NCBI GenBank assembly: GCA_041479245.1
Contig: JBGOXS010000003.1
Location: 60,965-124,964, forward strand
Reading direction: 5' to 3'
Origin: Anaerolineae bacterium
Lineage (GTDB): Bacteria; Chloroflexota; Anaerolineae; Anaerolineales; UBA4823
Length of the DNA stretch: 64,000 nucleotides
The translations under genes and the position numbers were made by a program. Of this stretch, positions 20,091 to 30,299 are shown piece by piece. The notes beneath the pieces are model-generated. The model made no database searches. It was not told the DNA's origin and saw only the letters and a list, made by a program, of their open reading frames with translations. The first letter of the stretch is position 1; each line of letters starts with the position of its first letter.

Positions 20091-20822
20091 TCAACGGCCT
20101 CCATAGGTGGAGTAAAATCGCTCAATTGCCTGCCAGCGATAATTTTCCAGCAAACGGGATTCATCGATGTTATTCGCGCTCAGGGTGTCCAGGGCAACGT
20201 TTGAGGGAAGCACTGCTGAGAAGCGCGCTAATGCCTGCAAGCGATAAGCATTGATCAAGCGGGATTCATCGATGTTATTCGCGCTCAGGGTGGTTAGGGC
20301 TACGTTTGAGGGAAGCACTGCTGAGAAGCGCGCTATTGCCTGCAAGCGGTAAACATCGATCAAGCGGGATTCATCAATGTTACTGGTGCTCAGGGTGGTC
20401 AGATCAATGCCTCGTGAAGCACTGCGTAGCAGGGCTTCGTTTGAGGAGAGCACTGCTGAGTAGCGCGATATTGACTGCAAGCGGTATGCATTGATCAAGC
20501 GGGATTCATCGATGTCATTGGCGCTCAAACTGTTCAGGACTAGCCCTCGGGAAGCTTGGCGTAGCAGAGCAGCACTAGATGGAAGCACGACCGCGCTAAA
20601 ACTGGTCTGGGCAATACCTCGGGACGCTTGGCGTAGCAAGGCAACACTATAGGAAAGCCCAGCGTGGACGGTTGCCATCGCATACCCAGGGTAAACCGAG
20701 ATAAATGCCGTATTCTGGAGGGTTCCACTTGCAGCAAATGCCTTCTGGTTAGACAACCCTATTCCAGAAAAGACCAGGAATAAAGTTACAATCCAAATAC
20801 TGATTCTGATTTTTGTGCTCAT
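20091..20822 (-). CDS. Secreted protein made of tandem repeats
   Basis: Signal peptide ending AFA; 4 x (N/D)IDESRL..YR.Q…R(F/Y) and 3 x ALLR.ASRG; DNA periods 105/105/135 bp. Confidence 0.8.
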   Translation of the reverse strand: MSTKIRISIWIVTLFLVFSGIGLSNQKAFAASGTLQNTAFISVYPGYAMATVHAGLSYSVALLRQASRGIAQTSFSAVVLPSSAALLRQASRGLVLNSLSANDIDESRLINAYRLQSISRYSAVLSSNEALLRSASRGIDLTTLSTSNIDESRLIDVYRLQAIARFSAVLPSNVALTTLSANNIDESRLINAYRLQALARFSAVLPSNVALDTLSANNIDESRLLENYRWQAIERFYSTYGGR

Positions 20823-20994
20823 TTTTTCTATCCTTCATTTTTAATGTTTTAGTATCAATCTTGGTGCCCTGCCCATTATGCGAGTGCCCGGGCAGGAACA
20901 TGGATATACTTTATCATCTTGTATTTCAATTAAGGTGGACTATTTGGACACAATATGATATATTAATATTACTTGTTTTATGGGGAGGATATCA

Positions 20995-23310
20995 TTGAAC
21001 AAGGGCTTCTCTTTCGGCTATTGGGTACGTCGACGTCGTAAAGCGTTAGACCTGACACAGACAGAACTTGCTGGTCAGGTCTATTGCGCGCTTTCGACTA
21101 TCAAAAAGATCGAGATGGATGAGCGCCGTCCATCCCGTCAGATGGCAGAACGAATTGCGGATTGTCTTCACATCCATGACAAGGAGCTCGAAGTTTTTCT
21201 AAAAACAGCCAGCGCTGAACTATCGTTTGACCAGCTCCACTTGCCTGTTGATCCGGTTATCTTCCAACCAGCGGTTTCCAATCTGGCATTCTACCAGCCC
21301 CTGTCTCCATTCGTCGGTTATGAGAACGAATTAGTGCAGATCAACAACCTCATTAAGCAGCCTGATTCCCGGCTCATCACCCTGGTAGGTCCTGGGGGGA
21401 TTGGAAAAACCCGCATCGCCATCCAGGTCGCATCTGACCAAAAGGATCGCTTTTTAGACGGCGTATATTTTGTTCCGCTCGCTCAGCTGGACGACCCTGC
21501 TTATATTCCTACTACGATTCTGGACGCGCTTGTGCTGCAAGCACCGGCTGCGCAGAAACCGGAAGCCTATCTTCTGGATTATTTACGCGATAAGGCAATG
21601 CTTCTGGTGTTGGATAATTTCGAGCACCTTCTCGATGGTATTGGTGTCATTTTATATATAATGCGAACTGCGCCGATGATATCTCTCCTGATAACCTCAC
21701 GCCAGCCATTGAACCTAAGGATGGAGCAAGTTTTCAATGTGCAGGGAATGAAATTTCCCCCAGATATTACAACTCAGGACCTCCAATCTTATGACGCGGT
21801 GCGTTTATTCATACAAACCGCCAGCCGTGCATCATCAGGGTTTTCTCTGAACGATGAAAATATTGACAGCATAGTAAATATCTGTAAGCTGGTAGAGGGC
21901 ATGCCACTGGCAATTGAACTGGCAGCCTCATGGACCCGAACGCGCTCGTGCCGAGAAATTGAAAACGAAATTAAAAACTGTCTGGATATTTTGGCGAGCA
22001 CAATGCAGGACGTACCAGAAAGACAGCGTAGTATTCGGGCAGCATTTGATTTTTCCTGGCGATTATTGTCGGAAGAAGAAAAACGTGTCTTTTCTGCGCT
22101 TTCTATCTTCCGAGGTGGGTTCACTTTACCAGCTGCCGAAGAAATCATTGATACAAATGAAAAAACATTAGAATTTCTGGTGATTCAATCCTTATTACGG
22201 CGTGATCCCTCAGACCGCTATGATATGCACATACTTCTGAGGCTGTATACGGAGGAAAAACTGATGGGTGCAGGTGATACGAACCGATACCGCGACGCCC
22301 ATCTTTCTTTCTACTTGAGGCATGCAGAAAATTCAGGGTCGATGTCAGCCACAGCGATTGAGGCTCCCAGGCACAAATTTGTTGAGAAAGAGCTTGATAA
22401 TTTCCGCGCCGCTTTAAATTGGGCGGCAGAAAGTGGAGCTCAGGAGCATGGGTTGCGACTGGCGACTGCCATTGGATCCTTCTGGAATGAGAATGGATAC
22501 CTTGATGAGGGGAATTGTTGGCTCAACAGTATGCTTAACTTGAATAAAGGTCAATTCCCGTCTGCTCGGGCATATGCGCTTATTAATTCCGGGTTCATTG
22601 CCCGAAACCTGGGTAATTTTGAACAGGCTGTTTTATTAAGCAAGCAGAGTCTCACGATATTTAAGGAATTGAAAGATAGGCGAGGCATCGGACTCTCACT
22701 TATGAACCTTGGTATTGTTAGCTACCTTAATAGCGAATTTGATCGAGGCGCCCGACTGCTAACAAAAAGCCTGTCGATGTTTCAAGAGACTCAGGATGAA
22801 AGGCATCAAGCGGAGGCGCTGATCCGTCTCGGTGACCTGCGGATGAGACAAGGAAAATTCGATATAGCTGCTCGTTTATTTCAAACTGGCTTGCTTCTAT
22901 CAATTAAGCTCGATAATAAATTAGCTATCGCTTTCTCGCTAGGGGGGCTAGGAGGCATTCTCCGGTCGCAGGGTAAATACAAACAAGCTGTCGACTTTTT
23001 TAAAAAATCTCTGAACATTCATTGGGAGTACAAACATAATTTAGATATCGCCTTTGTACTAGAAGCGCTCGCTTTGGATTACAAAGGTTTGGATCTCCAT
23101 GAAGATGCAACGCTCCTATGGGGAGCAGCTGAAAGTCTGCGCGAGCGCTATACCTCCCCATTGCCTCCTTCTTACCAGGAGAGCTATAACTCAGCTATTA
23201 TGGAGGTTAATGCCCGTTTGGGAGAAACGGACTTTAAGAGAATCTGGGCTGAGGGACGAGCCACTCCGTTGGAACATATTATGGCTAGGGTTAATAGTTT
23301 GTCAGTGTGA
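20995..23310 (+). CDS. XRE-HTH / NB-ARC (STAND) / TPR transcriptional regulator
   Basis: FGYWVRRRRKALDLTQ.ELA HTH; GPGGIGKT, LLVLDNFEH, GMPLAIELAA; TPR C-terminus; TTG start after GGAGG. Confidence 0.92.
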   Translation: MNKGFSFGYWVRRRRKALDLTQTELAGQVYCALSTIKKIEMDERRPSRQMAERIADCLHIHDKELEVFLKTASAELSFDQLHLPVDPVIFQPAVSNLAFYQPLSPFVGYENELVQINNLIKQPDSRLITLVGPGGIGKTRIAIQVASDQKDRFLDGVYFVPLAQLDDPAYIPTTILDALVLQAPAAQKPEAYLLDYLRDKAMLLVLDNFEHLLDGIGVILYIMRTAPMISLLITSRQPLNLRMEQVFNVQGMKFPPDITTQDLQSYDAVRLFIQTASRASSGFSLNDENIDSIVNICKLVEGMPLAIELAASWTRTRSCREIENEIKNCLDILASTMQDVPERQRSIRAAFDFSWRLLSEEEKRVFSALSIFRGGFTLPAAEEIIDTNEKTLEFLVIQSLLRRDPSDRYDMHILLRLYTEEKLMGAGDTNRYRDAHLSFYLRHAENSGSMSATAIEAPRHKFVEKELDNFRAALNWAAESGAQEHGLRLATAIGSFWNENGYLDEGNCWLNSMLNLNKGQFPSARAYALINSGFIARNLGNFEQAVLLSKQSLTIFKELKDRRGIGLSLMNLGIVSYLNSEFDRGARLLTKSLSMFQETQDERHQAEALIRLGDLRMRQGKFDIAARLFQTGLLLSIKLDNKLAIAFSLGGLGGILRSQGKYKQAVDFFKKSLNIHWEYKHNLDIAFVLEALALDYKGLDLHEDATLLWGAAESLRERYTSPLPPSYQESYNSAIMEVNARLGETDFKRIWAEGRATPLEHIMARVNSLSV

Positions 23311-23403
23311 GCCAATGGTTCATGCTTCCTTCCGCTGTATGGGTGTCCATCCTATCCGGTTAATTTAAAATCACAATTGACGAAAACCGCGCCAAATCGA
23401 ACG

Positions 23404-23419
23404 TACCAAACGTTTGGTA
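23404..23419. promoter_or_regulatory. Perfect 16-bp palindrome, LacI-family-like operator
   Basis: TACCAAACGTTTGGTA. Confidence 0.45.
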
Positions 23420-23668
23420 GATAGTAACATCCAGAGTGTCGGAAACAATTCTGGCTTGTAGGCCCAAAATATCAGATTATCTAGCAAAGTAGCGTTCATA
23501 ATGAACTGTTATTTATCCAGGCCGATCAAGACCGCATAAAAGTCAGCAGTTGGATTACCTTCTAATGTGTTTATTTTGGACATAATCGAGCTGACCGTTT
23601 GGAGGATCGTCCCCTTTTCATTGTTCCCGGCATATTTCACACCCCACTTATTATTTTTGCAAGAACCT

Positions 23669-23697
23669 TTGACATTCTTCCTTACTGCGACTAAAAT
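23669..23697 (+). promoter_or_regulatory. Sigma70 promoter of the coaE-cdaA-cdaR-der cluster
   Basis: TTGACA-17 nt-TAAAAT; GGAGG RBS downstream. Confidence 0.8.
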
Positions 23698-23720
23698 GAA
23701 GACATCACACGGGAGGCAGG

Positions 23721-24854
23721 ATGAGCGCCTGGCCAGGAAAATTCGTCATCGGGCTGACCGGCAATATCGCCACCGGTAAAAGTGTGGTCCGAAAAATGCT
23801 GGAACACCTAGGCGCATACGGCATCGATGCCGACGCCCTGGGTCATCGCGCCATTGCCAAGGACGCACCTGGCTACAAGACCGTGGTGGATACTTTCGGT
23901 AAGTGGATTTTAAGCCCTGATGGGCAGATTGACCGGGCTAAGCTGGCGCGGGTGGTGTTTTCAGACCCTGACGCGCTCACTCAGCTCGAAGCCATCGTCC
24001 ATCCCCTGGTACGGCAGGCCGTGGATCTGCTCGTCCGTCGTTCGTCGCAAAAGGTGATCGTCGTCGAGGCGATCAAGCTTCTGGAGGGACCATTGCGCCA
24101 GGCATGCGATACCATCTGGGTGACCTATGCCCCAAAGTCAACCCAGATATCCCGCCTGACTAGCAAGCGCGGTTTGAGTGTGGCAGTGGCTCACCAGCGC
24201 ATCAATTCCCAGCCGCCTCAAAGCGAAAAAGTAAACGTCGCCAACACGGTAATTCATAATGAGGGCTCATTTGAAGATACCTGGCTGCAGGTAACCACGT
24301 CCTGGAAAGAGCTATTCCCTACCTTCGAATCTGGGGCTTATAAACCTGTAGCTGTCGCTAAACCCGGCTTATTAGTAGAAAAGGCCAGGCCGCGCCATGC
24401 CGGCGAAATAGCTGCACTTGTCAGCCGGCTCAGTGATGGCAGGGTAAAACCCAGCGATGAAGACATTATGGCGGCTTTCGGTGAAAAAGCCTATTTATTC
24501 CTGAAGATGGATGGCGTGCCCGTAGGGGTTGTCGGATGGCAGGTGGAAAACCTGGTTGAGCGCACCGATGATGTTTATATAGATCCGACCCAACCCTTGG
24601 CTAATGCCATGCAGGCGGTGTTGGCTGAAATCGAGTCTACCTCCCGCGATCTCCAGTGTGAGATTGCCCTGCTGTTCCTGCCCCCTGAGCTAACCACTCA
24701 GGAGGAAATCTGGACCACACTTGGGTATGAAATGTGCACCGTTGAATCACTGGGCGTAAGGGCTTGGCAGGAAGCCGCTCAAGAAACATTGGGAAAAGGG
24801 GAATCCATGTTTTTCAAGCAGCTGCGGAAAGACAGAGTTTTGCGACCAGTCTAG
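23721..24854 (+). CDS. coaE: Dephospho-CoA kinase with an extra C-terminal GNAT-like domain
   Basis: IGLTGNIATGKS, IDAD, LEAIVHP, EAIKL; ~170-aa extension. Confidence 0.88.
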   Translation: MSAWPGKFVIGLTGNIATGKSVVRKMLEHLGAYGIDADALGHRAIAKDAPGYKTVVDTFGKWILSPDGQIDRAKLARVVFSDPDALTQLEAIVHPLVRQAVDLLVRRSSQKVIVVEAIKLLEGPLRQACDTIWVTYAPKSTQISRLTSKRGLSVAVAHQRINSQPPQSEKVNVANTVIHNEGSFEDTWLQVTTSWKELFPTFESGAYKPVAVAKPGLLVEKARPRHAGEIAALVSRLSDGRVKPSDEDIMAAFGEKAYLFLKMDGVPVGVVGWQVENLVERTDDVYIDPTQPLANAMQAVLAEIESTSRDLQCEIALLFLPPELTTQEEIWTTLGYEMCTVESLGVRAWQEAAQETLGKGESMFFKQLRKDRVLRPV

Positions 24855-24936
24855 CTCACTCGCACCGGTGTATTGATCAAATTGGGCTGGTATGGGTTCG
24901 TGCAAGAGCTATAAAAATTGATGGATCAAGGCTCCA

Positions 24937-25821
24937 GTGGAAAACCTGCTTAATTACCTGATTGAAAGCCTGAGCTTTATTATTGACCGGATCAACTGGT
25001 TGAGCATCCTCGACCTGGCAATTGTCACGCTGATCTTCTTCGGTCTGCTGATTCTGCTGCGTGACACCCAGGCGGTAGTGCTTTTGCGCGGCGTGCTGTT
25101 GCTGGTGGTCTTGGGAAGCCTGTTGAGCAGCATGGAGGTGCTGCCGGCGTTTTCGTGGCTGGTACGTACCACCCTGCCGGCGCTGGTAATAGCCATCCCA
25201 GTTATTTTCGCCCCAGAGATCCGCCGGGCGCTGGAACGCTTGGGCAGGGCCGGGTTCATTTTCTCCAATGGTAGAGCTTCGCCAGGCATACAAAAATCCA
25301 TCTCGGCGGTGGTGAATGCAGCTGTACGACTTTCCGATCGACGTCATGGCGCATTGATCATCTTTCAGCGTCTGGATAACCTGGAGGAATATGTGCGCAC
25401 GGGCGTCATCGTTGATGCCCAGGTGACGCCTGAATTGATCCTGCAAATCTTTTATCCGAACACTCCCCTGCATGATGGCGCCGCGATTGTGGAAGGTTCA
25501 CGCCTGGTAGCCGCGGCATGTGTGATGCCCTTGTCTGCCAGCGGCGTTTTGGCGCACACCCCCGACCGCCAGCTTGGCTTGCGCCACCGTGCTGCCCTGG
25601 GTATCTCGGAAGTCAGCGATGCCGTGGTGGTGGTTGTCTCAGAAGAAAGTGGGACGATCTCTGTGGTGCATAACGGCCGCATGATCCGGCGTCTTGAACG
25701 TGAACGGTTGGAAAGTATTTTACGCGCATTTTTTAACCCCGAGGCTCAACGACGAGGTCTGACGGACTGGTTCAAAAGCATCTATCCTAGTGGGAATAAG
25801 CCCGGAGGCGAGGCAGATTAA
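24937..25821 (+). CDS. cdaA: Diadenylate cyclase CdaA/DacA
   Basis: 3 TM helices, PEIRRALE, TPLHDGA, GLRHRAALG, VSEE. Confidence 0.95.
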   Translation: MENLLNYLIESLSFIIDRINWLSILDLAIVTLIFFGLLILLRDTQAVVLLRGVLLLVVLGSLLSSMEVLPAFSWLVRTTLPALVIAIPVIFAPEIRRALERLGRAGFIFSNGRASPGIQKSISAVVNAAVRLSDRRHGALIIFQRLDNLEEYVRTGVIVDAQVTPELILQIFYPNTPLHDGAAIVEGSRLVAAACVMPLSASGVLAHTPDRQLGLRHRAALGISEVSDAVVVVVSEESGTISVVHNGRMIRRLERERLESILRAFFNPEAQRRGLTDWFKSIYPSGNKPGGEAD

Positions 25822-27120
25822 GTGAAAATCCTGCGCTGGCTGGGAAAAAACATTGGCACCCTTATAACTGCTTTCATCCTGGCAGTTATCGTATGGGTAT
25901 CTGCCGTAATTGCCTCTGATCCAAATGAAGAGCATGTCCTTGACCGGCCGGTACCGATCGAGATCATTGGGCAGGATTCCAATTTGCAGATCATGGGGGA
26001 ACTACCGTCGACTGTGACCGTTGTGCTTCGGGCACCCGCCACTGTATGGACGCAGCTGAACAATGACCCCCAAACGGTGACTGCCAAAATTGATTTGTCC
26101 AACCTGGGAGCCGGTGTCCACACCGTCCCTGTGCAGGTACAGATTACACCCCATCTCGTCCTGCCGGTTAGCCAGAACCCTGAGCAGGTTACTGTGATCC
26201 TTGATTCCATCGTTTCCCAGTCCTTTCCAGTCGATCTGGTGGTAACCGGCAACCCACCCATAGGCTACCAGGCGCAAATACCGATCGTCAACCCTACTGT
26301 CGTCAAGGTCACCGGGGCGGAGTCTCTCGTGTCTAAGGTTAAGCAGGCGCGCATTGCATTGGATATCACCAACGCCAACCAGTCCATAACCAGGGATATA
26401 CCGCCAGTGCTGTTGGACGCAGAAGGACGTGTGGTCAATGGATTGACCCTGACGCCCGAATCGGTGACCGTCACCCAACCCATCGTGCTCTTGGGAGGCT
26501 ATCGCTATGTGATTGTCCGGGCAGTTACCGTTGGGCAGGTGTCTACGGGCTACAGGGTTACCAATATATTCGTTACCCCCATCGGCGTAGTGGTCTTCTC
26601 TTCAGACCCTGAACTGGTCAATAATTTGCCCGGTTATGTAGAAACCCAACCCATTGATTTGACCGGGAAAGAGGATGACTTTGAAATCCTGGTGGATCTG
26701 AACCTCCCGGCGGGTATTAGCGTGGTGGGTGATACGAAGGTCCTGGTGCAGGTGAGCATTGCCACGGTTGAGTCCAGCCTGGCTATTTCGCTGCCCGTGG
26801 AAGTCATTGGGCTTTCACCCGGGTTGGCCGCGAGTGTGAACCCGGCAGTCGTCAATGTCATCCTCTCTGGGCCCGTCCCGGTGCTGAACACCCTTGGACC
26901 AACCGATGTGAGGGTGGTGGTCGACTTAACCGGTTTCGATGTCGGCACCTATCAATTCACCCCGCAGGTCAATATCCTGCCTGATCGTGTGACCTTGAGC
27001 TCGATCCTGCCTTCCGCGGTGGAGATGACGATCACGATTGCACCTACCCCAACCCAGACGGTCACACCCATTGGGACCACAACTCCACGGATAACCCCGA
27101 CTCCTACTAAGAGCCCATAA
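25822..27120 (+). CDS. cdaR: CdaR / YbbR-repeat regulator
   Basis: Directly after cdaA; N-terminal TM and Val/Pro-rich beta repeats (IDLS.L.AG.H.VPV). Confidence 0.88.
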   Translation: MKILRWLGKNIGTLITAFILAVIVWVSAVIASDPNEEHVLDRPVPIEIIGQDSNLQIMGELPSTVTVVLRAPATVWTQLNNDPQTVTAKIDLSNLGAGVHTVPVQVQITPHLVLPVSQNPEQVTVILDSIVSQSFPVDLVVTGNPPIGYQAQIPIVNPTVVKVTGAESLVSKVKQARIALDITNANQSITRDIPPVLLDAEGRVVNGLTLTPESVTVTQPIVLLGGYRYVIVRAVTVGQVSTGYRVTNIFVTPIGVVVFSSDPELVNNLPGYVETQPIDLTGKEDDFEILVDLNLPAGISVVGDTKVLVQVSIATVESSLAISLPVEVIGLSPGLAASVNPAVVNVILSGPVPVLNTLGPTDVRVVVDLTGFDVGTYQFTPQVNILPDRVTLSSILPSAVEMTITIAPTPTQTVTPIGTTTPRITPTPTKSP

Positions 27121-27129
27121 GGAAATGCC

Positions 27130-28506
27130 ATGACCAAACCTGTGGTAGCTCTCGTTGGAAGACCCAACGTAGGCAAGAGTACTTTGTTCAACCGGCTGGC
27201 GGGCGAGCGCCTGGCAGTCGTGGATGATATCCCGGGAACCACCCGCGACCGCCTGGTGATGGAAGCGGAATGGGCGGGGAGGGTGTTTGATATCGTGGAT
27301 ACCGGGGGTATTGACCCCACTCAAACAAGCCTGGGTCGTGGGCAAAAACCCTTATCGATCGGATCAGCTGATTTTATCGTGCAAATCCGCGCCCAGGCCG
27401 AGATCGCCATCCGCGATTCTGACGCGGTCCTGTTCATCACCGACGCTGAAAATGGCGTTACCCCGGCAGACGTTGAAGTGGCCCAGATACTGCGCAAGAA
27501 TCAACATGACGTGGATGGTCAGGCTACACCGCCGGTATTATTGGTGGTAAATAAATGTGAGAACGAAGCCCGTCGACTGGCTGCCATGGAATTCTATGAG
27601 CTCGGTTTGGGCGAGCCCTATCCGATCTCCGCCCTGCATGGGACGGGCACCGGAGATATGTTAGATGCCCTGGTAGACACATTCAAGAAGGAGGGCGAAG
27701 AGGCCGAGGACGATTCGGTCAAGGTTGCCATCGTGGGGAAACCCAACGCCGGAAAATCGAGCCTGCTTAACCAGCTGTTGGGAGAGGAACGTGCCATCGT
27801 CAGCCCGATTGCCGGTACCACCCGCGATGCCATTGATACCAAGCTTACATATGGTGACGTGCCTATGGTGCTGATCGATACTGCCGGCATCCGCCGGCGG
27901 GGGCATATCACACCAGGCGTCGAGCAGTACAGCGTTCTACGCGCTCTGCAGGCCATCGAGAGGTCAGGCGTAGTTCTGCTGGTGTTGGATGCTACGGCCG
28001 GGTTGACCGCCCAGGATGCCCACATTGCCGGCTTTATCCTGGATGCCTGGAAGAGTGCGGTCGTTTTGGTGAATAAGTGGGATGCAGTAGAGAAAGATAC
28101 ATACACAATGGCTGAATTCACTGATCGGATCAGGCAAGACTTGAACTTTATGGATTACGTGCCCGTGCTGTTCATCTCTGCGAAGACTGGTCAACGGGTG
28201 GATCAGGTGCTTCCACTTGCCCTGCGGGTACAGGAGGAACGCCTCACCCGCCTGCCTACCTCGAAAATCAATCGCATCGTGCACGAAGCTCAAGACCGGC
28301 ACGCCAGCCCTTCACACGCTGGTCAGGAATTCAAGATCTATTATGGTACCCAGGTGCGGAATGACCCACCGGTTTTTTTACTCCATGTGAATGATCCCAA
28401 ATTAGCCCACTTTTCCTACCTGCGCTATTTAGAAAACTGTATCCGCCAGGAACATCCATTTTTAGGGACGCCTATTCGGATTGTCTTGCGACCCCGGAGA
28501 AAATGA
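27130..28506 (+). CDS. der: Ribosome biogenesis GTPase Der/EngA
   Basis: Two G domains (GRPNVGKS, GKPNAGKS), PGTTRD, C-terminal KH-like GTPIR. Confidence 0.97.
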   Translation: MTKPVVALVGRPNVGKSTLFNRLAGERLAVVDDIPGTTRDRLVMEAEWAGRVFDIVDTGGIDPTQTSLGRGQKPLSIGSADFIVQIRAQAEIAIRDSDAVLFITDAENGVTPADVEVAQILRKNQHDVDGQATPPVLLVVNKCENEARRLAAMEFYELGLGEPYPISALHGTGTGDMLDALVDTFKKEGEEAEDDSVKVAIVGKPNAGKSSLLNQLLGEERAIVSPIAGTTRDAIDTKLTYGDVPMVLIDTAGIRRRGHITPGVEQYSVLRALQAIERSGVVLLVLDATAGLTAQDAHIAGFILDAWKSAVVLVNKWDAVEKDTYTMAEFTDRIRQDLNFMDYVPVLFISAKTGQRVDQVLPLALRVQEERLTRLPTSKINRIVHEAQDRHASPSHAGQEFKIYYGTQVRNDPPVFLLHVNDPKLAHFSYLRYLENCIRQEHPFLGTPIRIVLRPRRK

Positions 28507-28612
28507 TCGGCGCTCACCCCTGTTATCTAGTTTTACGTTCACAATCCATTAATCCACCTTCCCTTGTCCGGAAGGATGACCGGTTATATAATGCCTTCAG
28601 CATGGAGGAATT

Positions 28613-29200
28613 TTGGATACAAATCAAGTAGAAGTTAATCAGGGACTGGCTGAGCAACCACGAAAATCTGGATTTCTACGATTTGTCAAGGACGTGATCG
28701 AAACGCTGGTTCTTTCAATTGTGTTGTTTGTTGGTGTCAATGTGATATCTGCACGCATCCGGGTGGATGGCGCCAGCATGGAGCCAACCCTAGATACTGG
28801 CGAGTATGTGGTCGTCAATCGGCTAAGTTATCGCCTGGGCACACCTCAACGAGGAGATATTATTGTTTTCCATCCCCCCCTCGCCCCTCAGGAGGAGTAT
28901 ATCAAGCGCGTGATCGGACTACCCGGGGATGAAGTTGAAGTCAGAGATGGCATGATATATGTTAATGGTCAGCCCTTGAATGAAACTTATCTCCAGACCA
29001 AGACGAATTACCCTGGCTCTTGGAGAATCCCTGCAGGTCAGCTGTTTGTATTAGGCGATAACCGCAATAATTCTTCAGATTCACACGAATGGGGCACCAT
29101 TGCCTTGGATTCTGTGGTGGGTAAGGCGGTTTTGGTATACTGGCCGCCCACCGATTGGGAATTGATCACCCACGTGTCATTGGCTAATGCAGCCCATTAG
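28613..29200 (+). CDS. lepB: Signal peptidase I
   Basis: SMEPTL, YIKRVIGLPGD, GDNRNNSSDS. Confidence 0.95.
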   Translation: MDTNQVEVNQGLAEQPRKSGFLRFVKDVIETLVLSIVLFVGVNVISARIRVDGASMEPTLDTGEYVVVNRLSYRLGTPQRGDIIVFHPPLAPQEEYIKRVIGLPGDEVEVRDGMIYVNGQPLNETYLQTKTNYPGSWRIPAGQLFVLGDNRNNSSDSHEWGTIALDSVVGKAVLVYWPPTDWELITHVSLANAAH

Positions 29201-29971
29201 ATGGGATCCAATCGGATGGAATTAGCACAGATCATCACGCTAGCTCAAGATTACGAGCATCGGCTGCCGGAGGCCCCAACCCCGTTACGCCTTCCCGTGG
29301 GCACAGAGATAGCCGGCTGGATCGACCATACCCTGCTCAAACCTGAAGCCACGGCTGCCCAGATAAAAGTGTTATGCCAGGAAGCAATGGAGCATCATTT
29401 CACCACCGTGTGTATCAATCCGGTCTACATCCCGCTAGCGTGTGGGATATTACGCAATGCGAAGGAAAATATCTGCACTGTGGTGGGTTTCCCACTCGGT
29501 GCAGTGCTGCCAGAATTCAAGGTGTATGAGACCCTGATTTGCATCAATGCTGGTGCATCAGAGATTGATATGGTCATTAATGTTGGGGCGCTGAAATCAG
29601 AAGCATATGGTCTGGTGATGAATGAGATCCAGGTAGTAGTGGGTACCGCCCACAACCAAGGCGCACTGGTCAAGGTGATTCTCGAAAATTCGCTTCTCAC
29701 CCGCCGAGAAAAGATTATCGCCTGCCTGATCAGCAAGTCTGCTGGGGCTGATTTTGTCAAGACCTCCACCGGATTTGGCACTGGAGGTGCAACCGTTGAG
29801 GATGTGGAGCTGATGCGTCGCGTAATTGGATCGGAAATGGGTGTTAAAGCTGCGGGAGGCATCAGGAGTTATGCGGATGCAATGGCATTGATGAAGGCTG
29901 GAGCCAACCGCCTTGGTGCCAGCGCTGGGGTTAAAATTCTCCAGGAAGCAAAGGCAGCATTAAATGAGTGA
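29201..29971 (+). CDS. deoC: Deoxyribose-phosphate aldolase
   Basis: IDHTLLKP, EIDMV, KVILE, FVKTSTGF, KAAGGIR; the true start may be 29216. Confidence 0.95.
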   Translation: MGSNRMELAQIITLAQDYEHRLPEAPTPLRLPVGTEIAGWIDHTLLKPEATAAQIKVLCQEAMEHHFTTVCINPVYIPLACGILRNAKENICTVVGFPLGAVLPEFKVYETLICINAGASEIDMVINVGALKSEAYGLVMNEIQVVVGTAHNQGALVKVILENSLLTRREKIIACLISKSAGADFVKTSTGFGTGGATVEDVELMRRVIGSEMGVKAAGGIRSYADAMALMKAGANRLGASAGVKILQEAKAALNE

Positions 29972-30278
29972 AGAAACAACCAAGCCTGATGAGAATCCCA
30001 AGGCTGAAGAGCAGTCAGAATTCGCTCACGTCTGTCCGGAATGCCACACGGGGGTTTTCCACCTGGAATATCTAACCTATTTCACCTGGTTGAATGACGA
30101 GCTGATCACGGTGCCAAATTTCCCATCCTGGGTGTGTGATGTGTGCGGGAAGCGCGAGTATGATACCCACGCCGTCAGCTGGCTGAACATGCTGCTCAGC
30201 CCTACCACAGGTCGGAAACATAAACCTCGCCGCAGGAATCTGCCTCGAAACCTGAACCGGCCTCAACCTCAAAGCTAA
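29964..30278 (+). CDS. YgiT-type zinc finger protein
   Basis: CPEC…VPN.P..VCDVCG. Confidence 0.8.
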   Translation: MSEETTKPDENPKAEEQSEFAHVCPECHTGVFHLEYLTYFTWLNDELITVPNFPSWVCDVCGKREYDTHAVSWLNMLLSPTTGRKHKPRRRNLPRNLNRPQPQS

Positions 30279-30299
30279 ACCTGATCCCGGAGAAATGAT

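Noticed and set aside
29964-30278. MqsA-type toxin-antitoxin module
   Set aside because: Zinc finger only, with no HTH and no adjacent toxin
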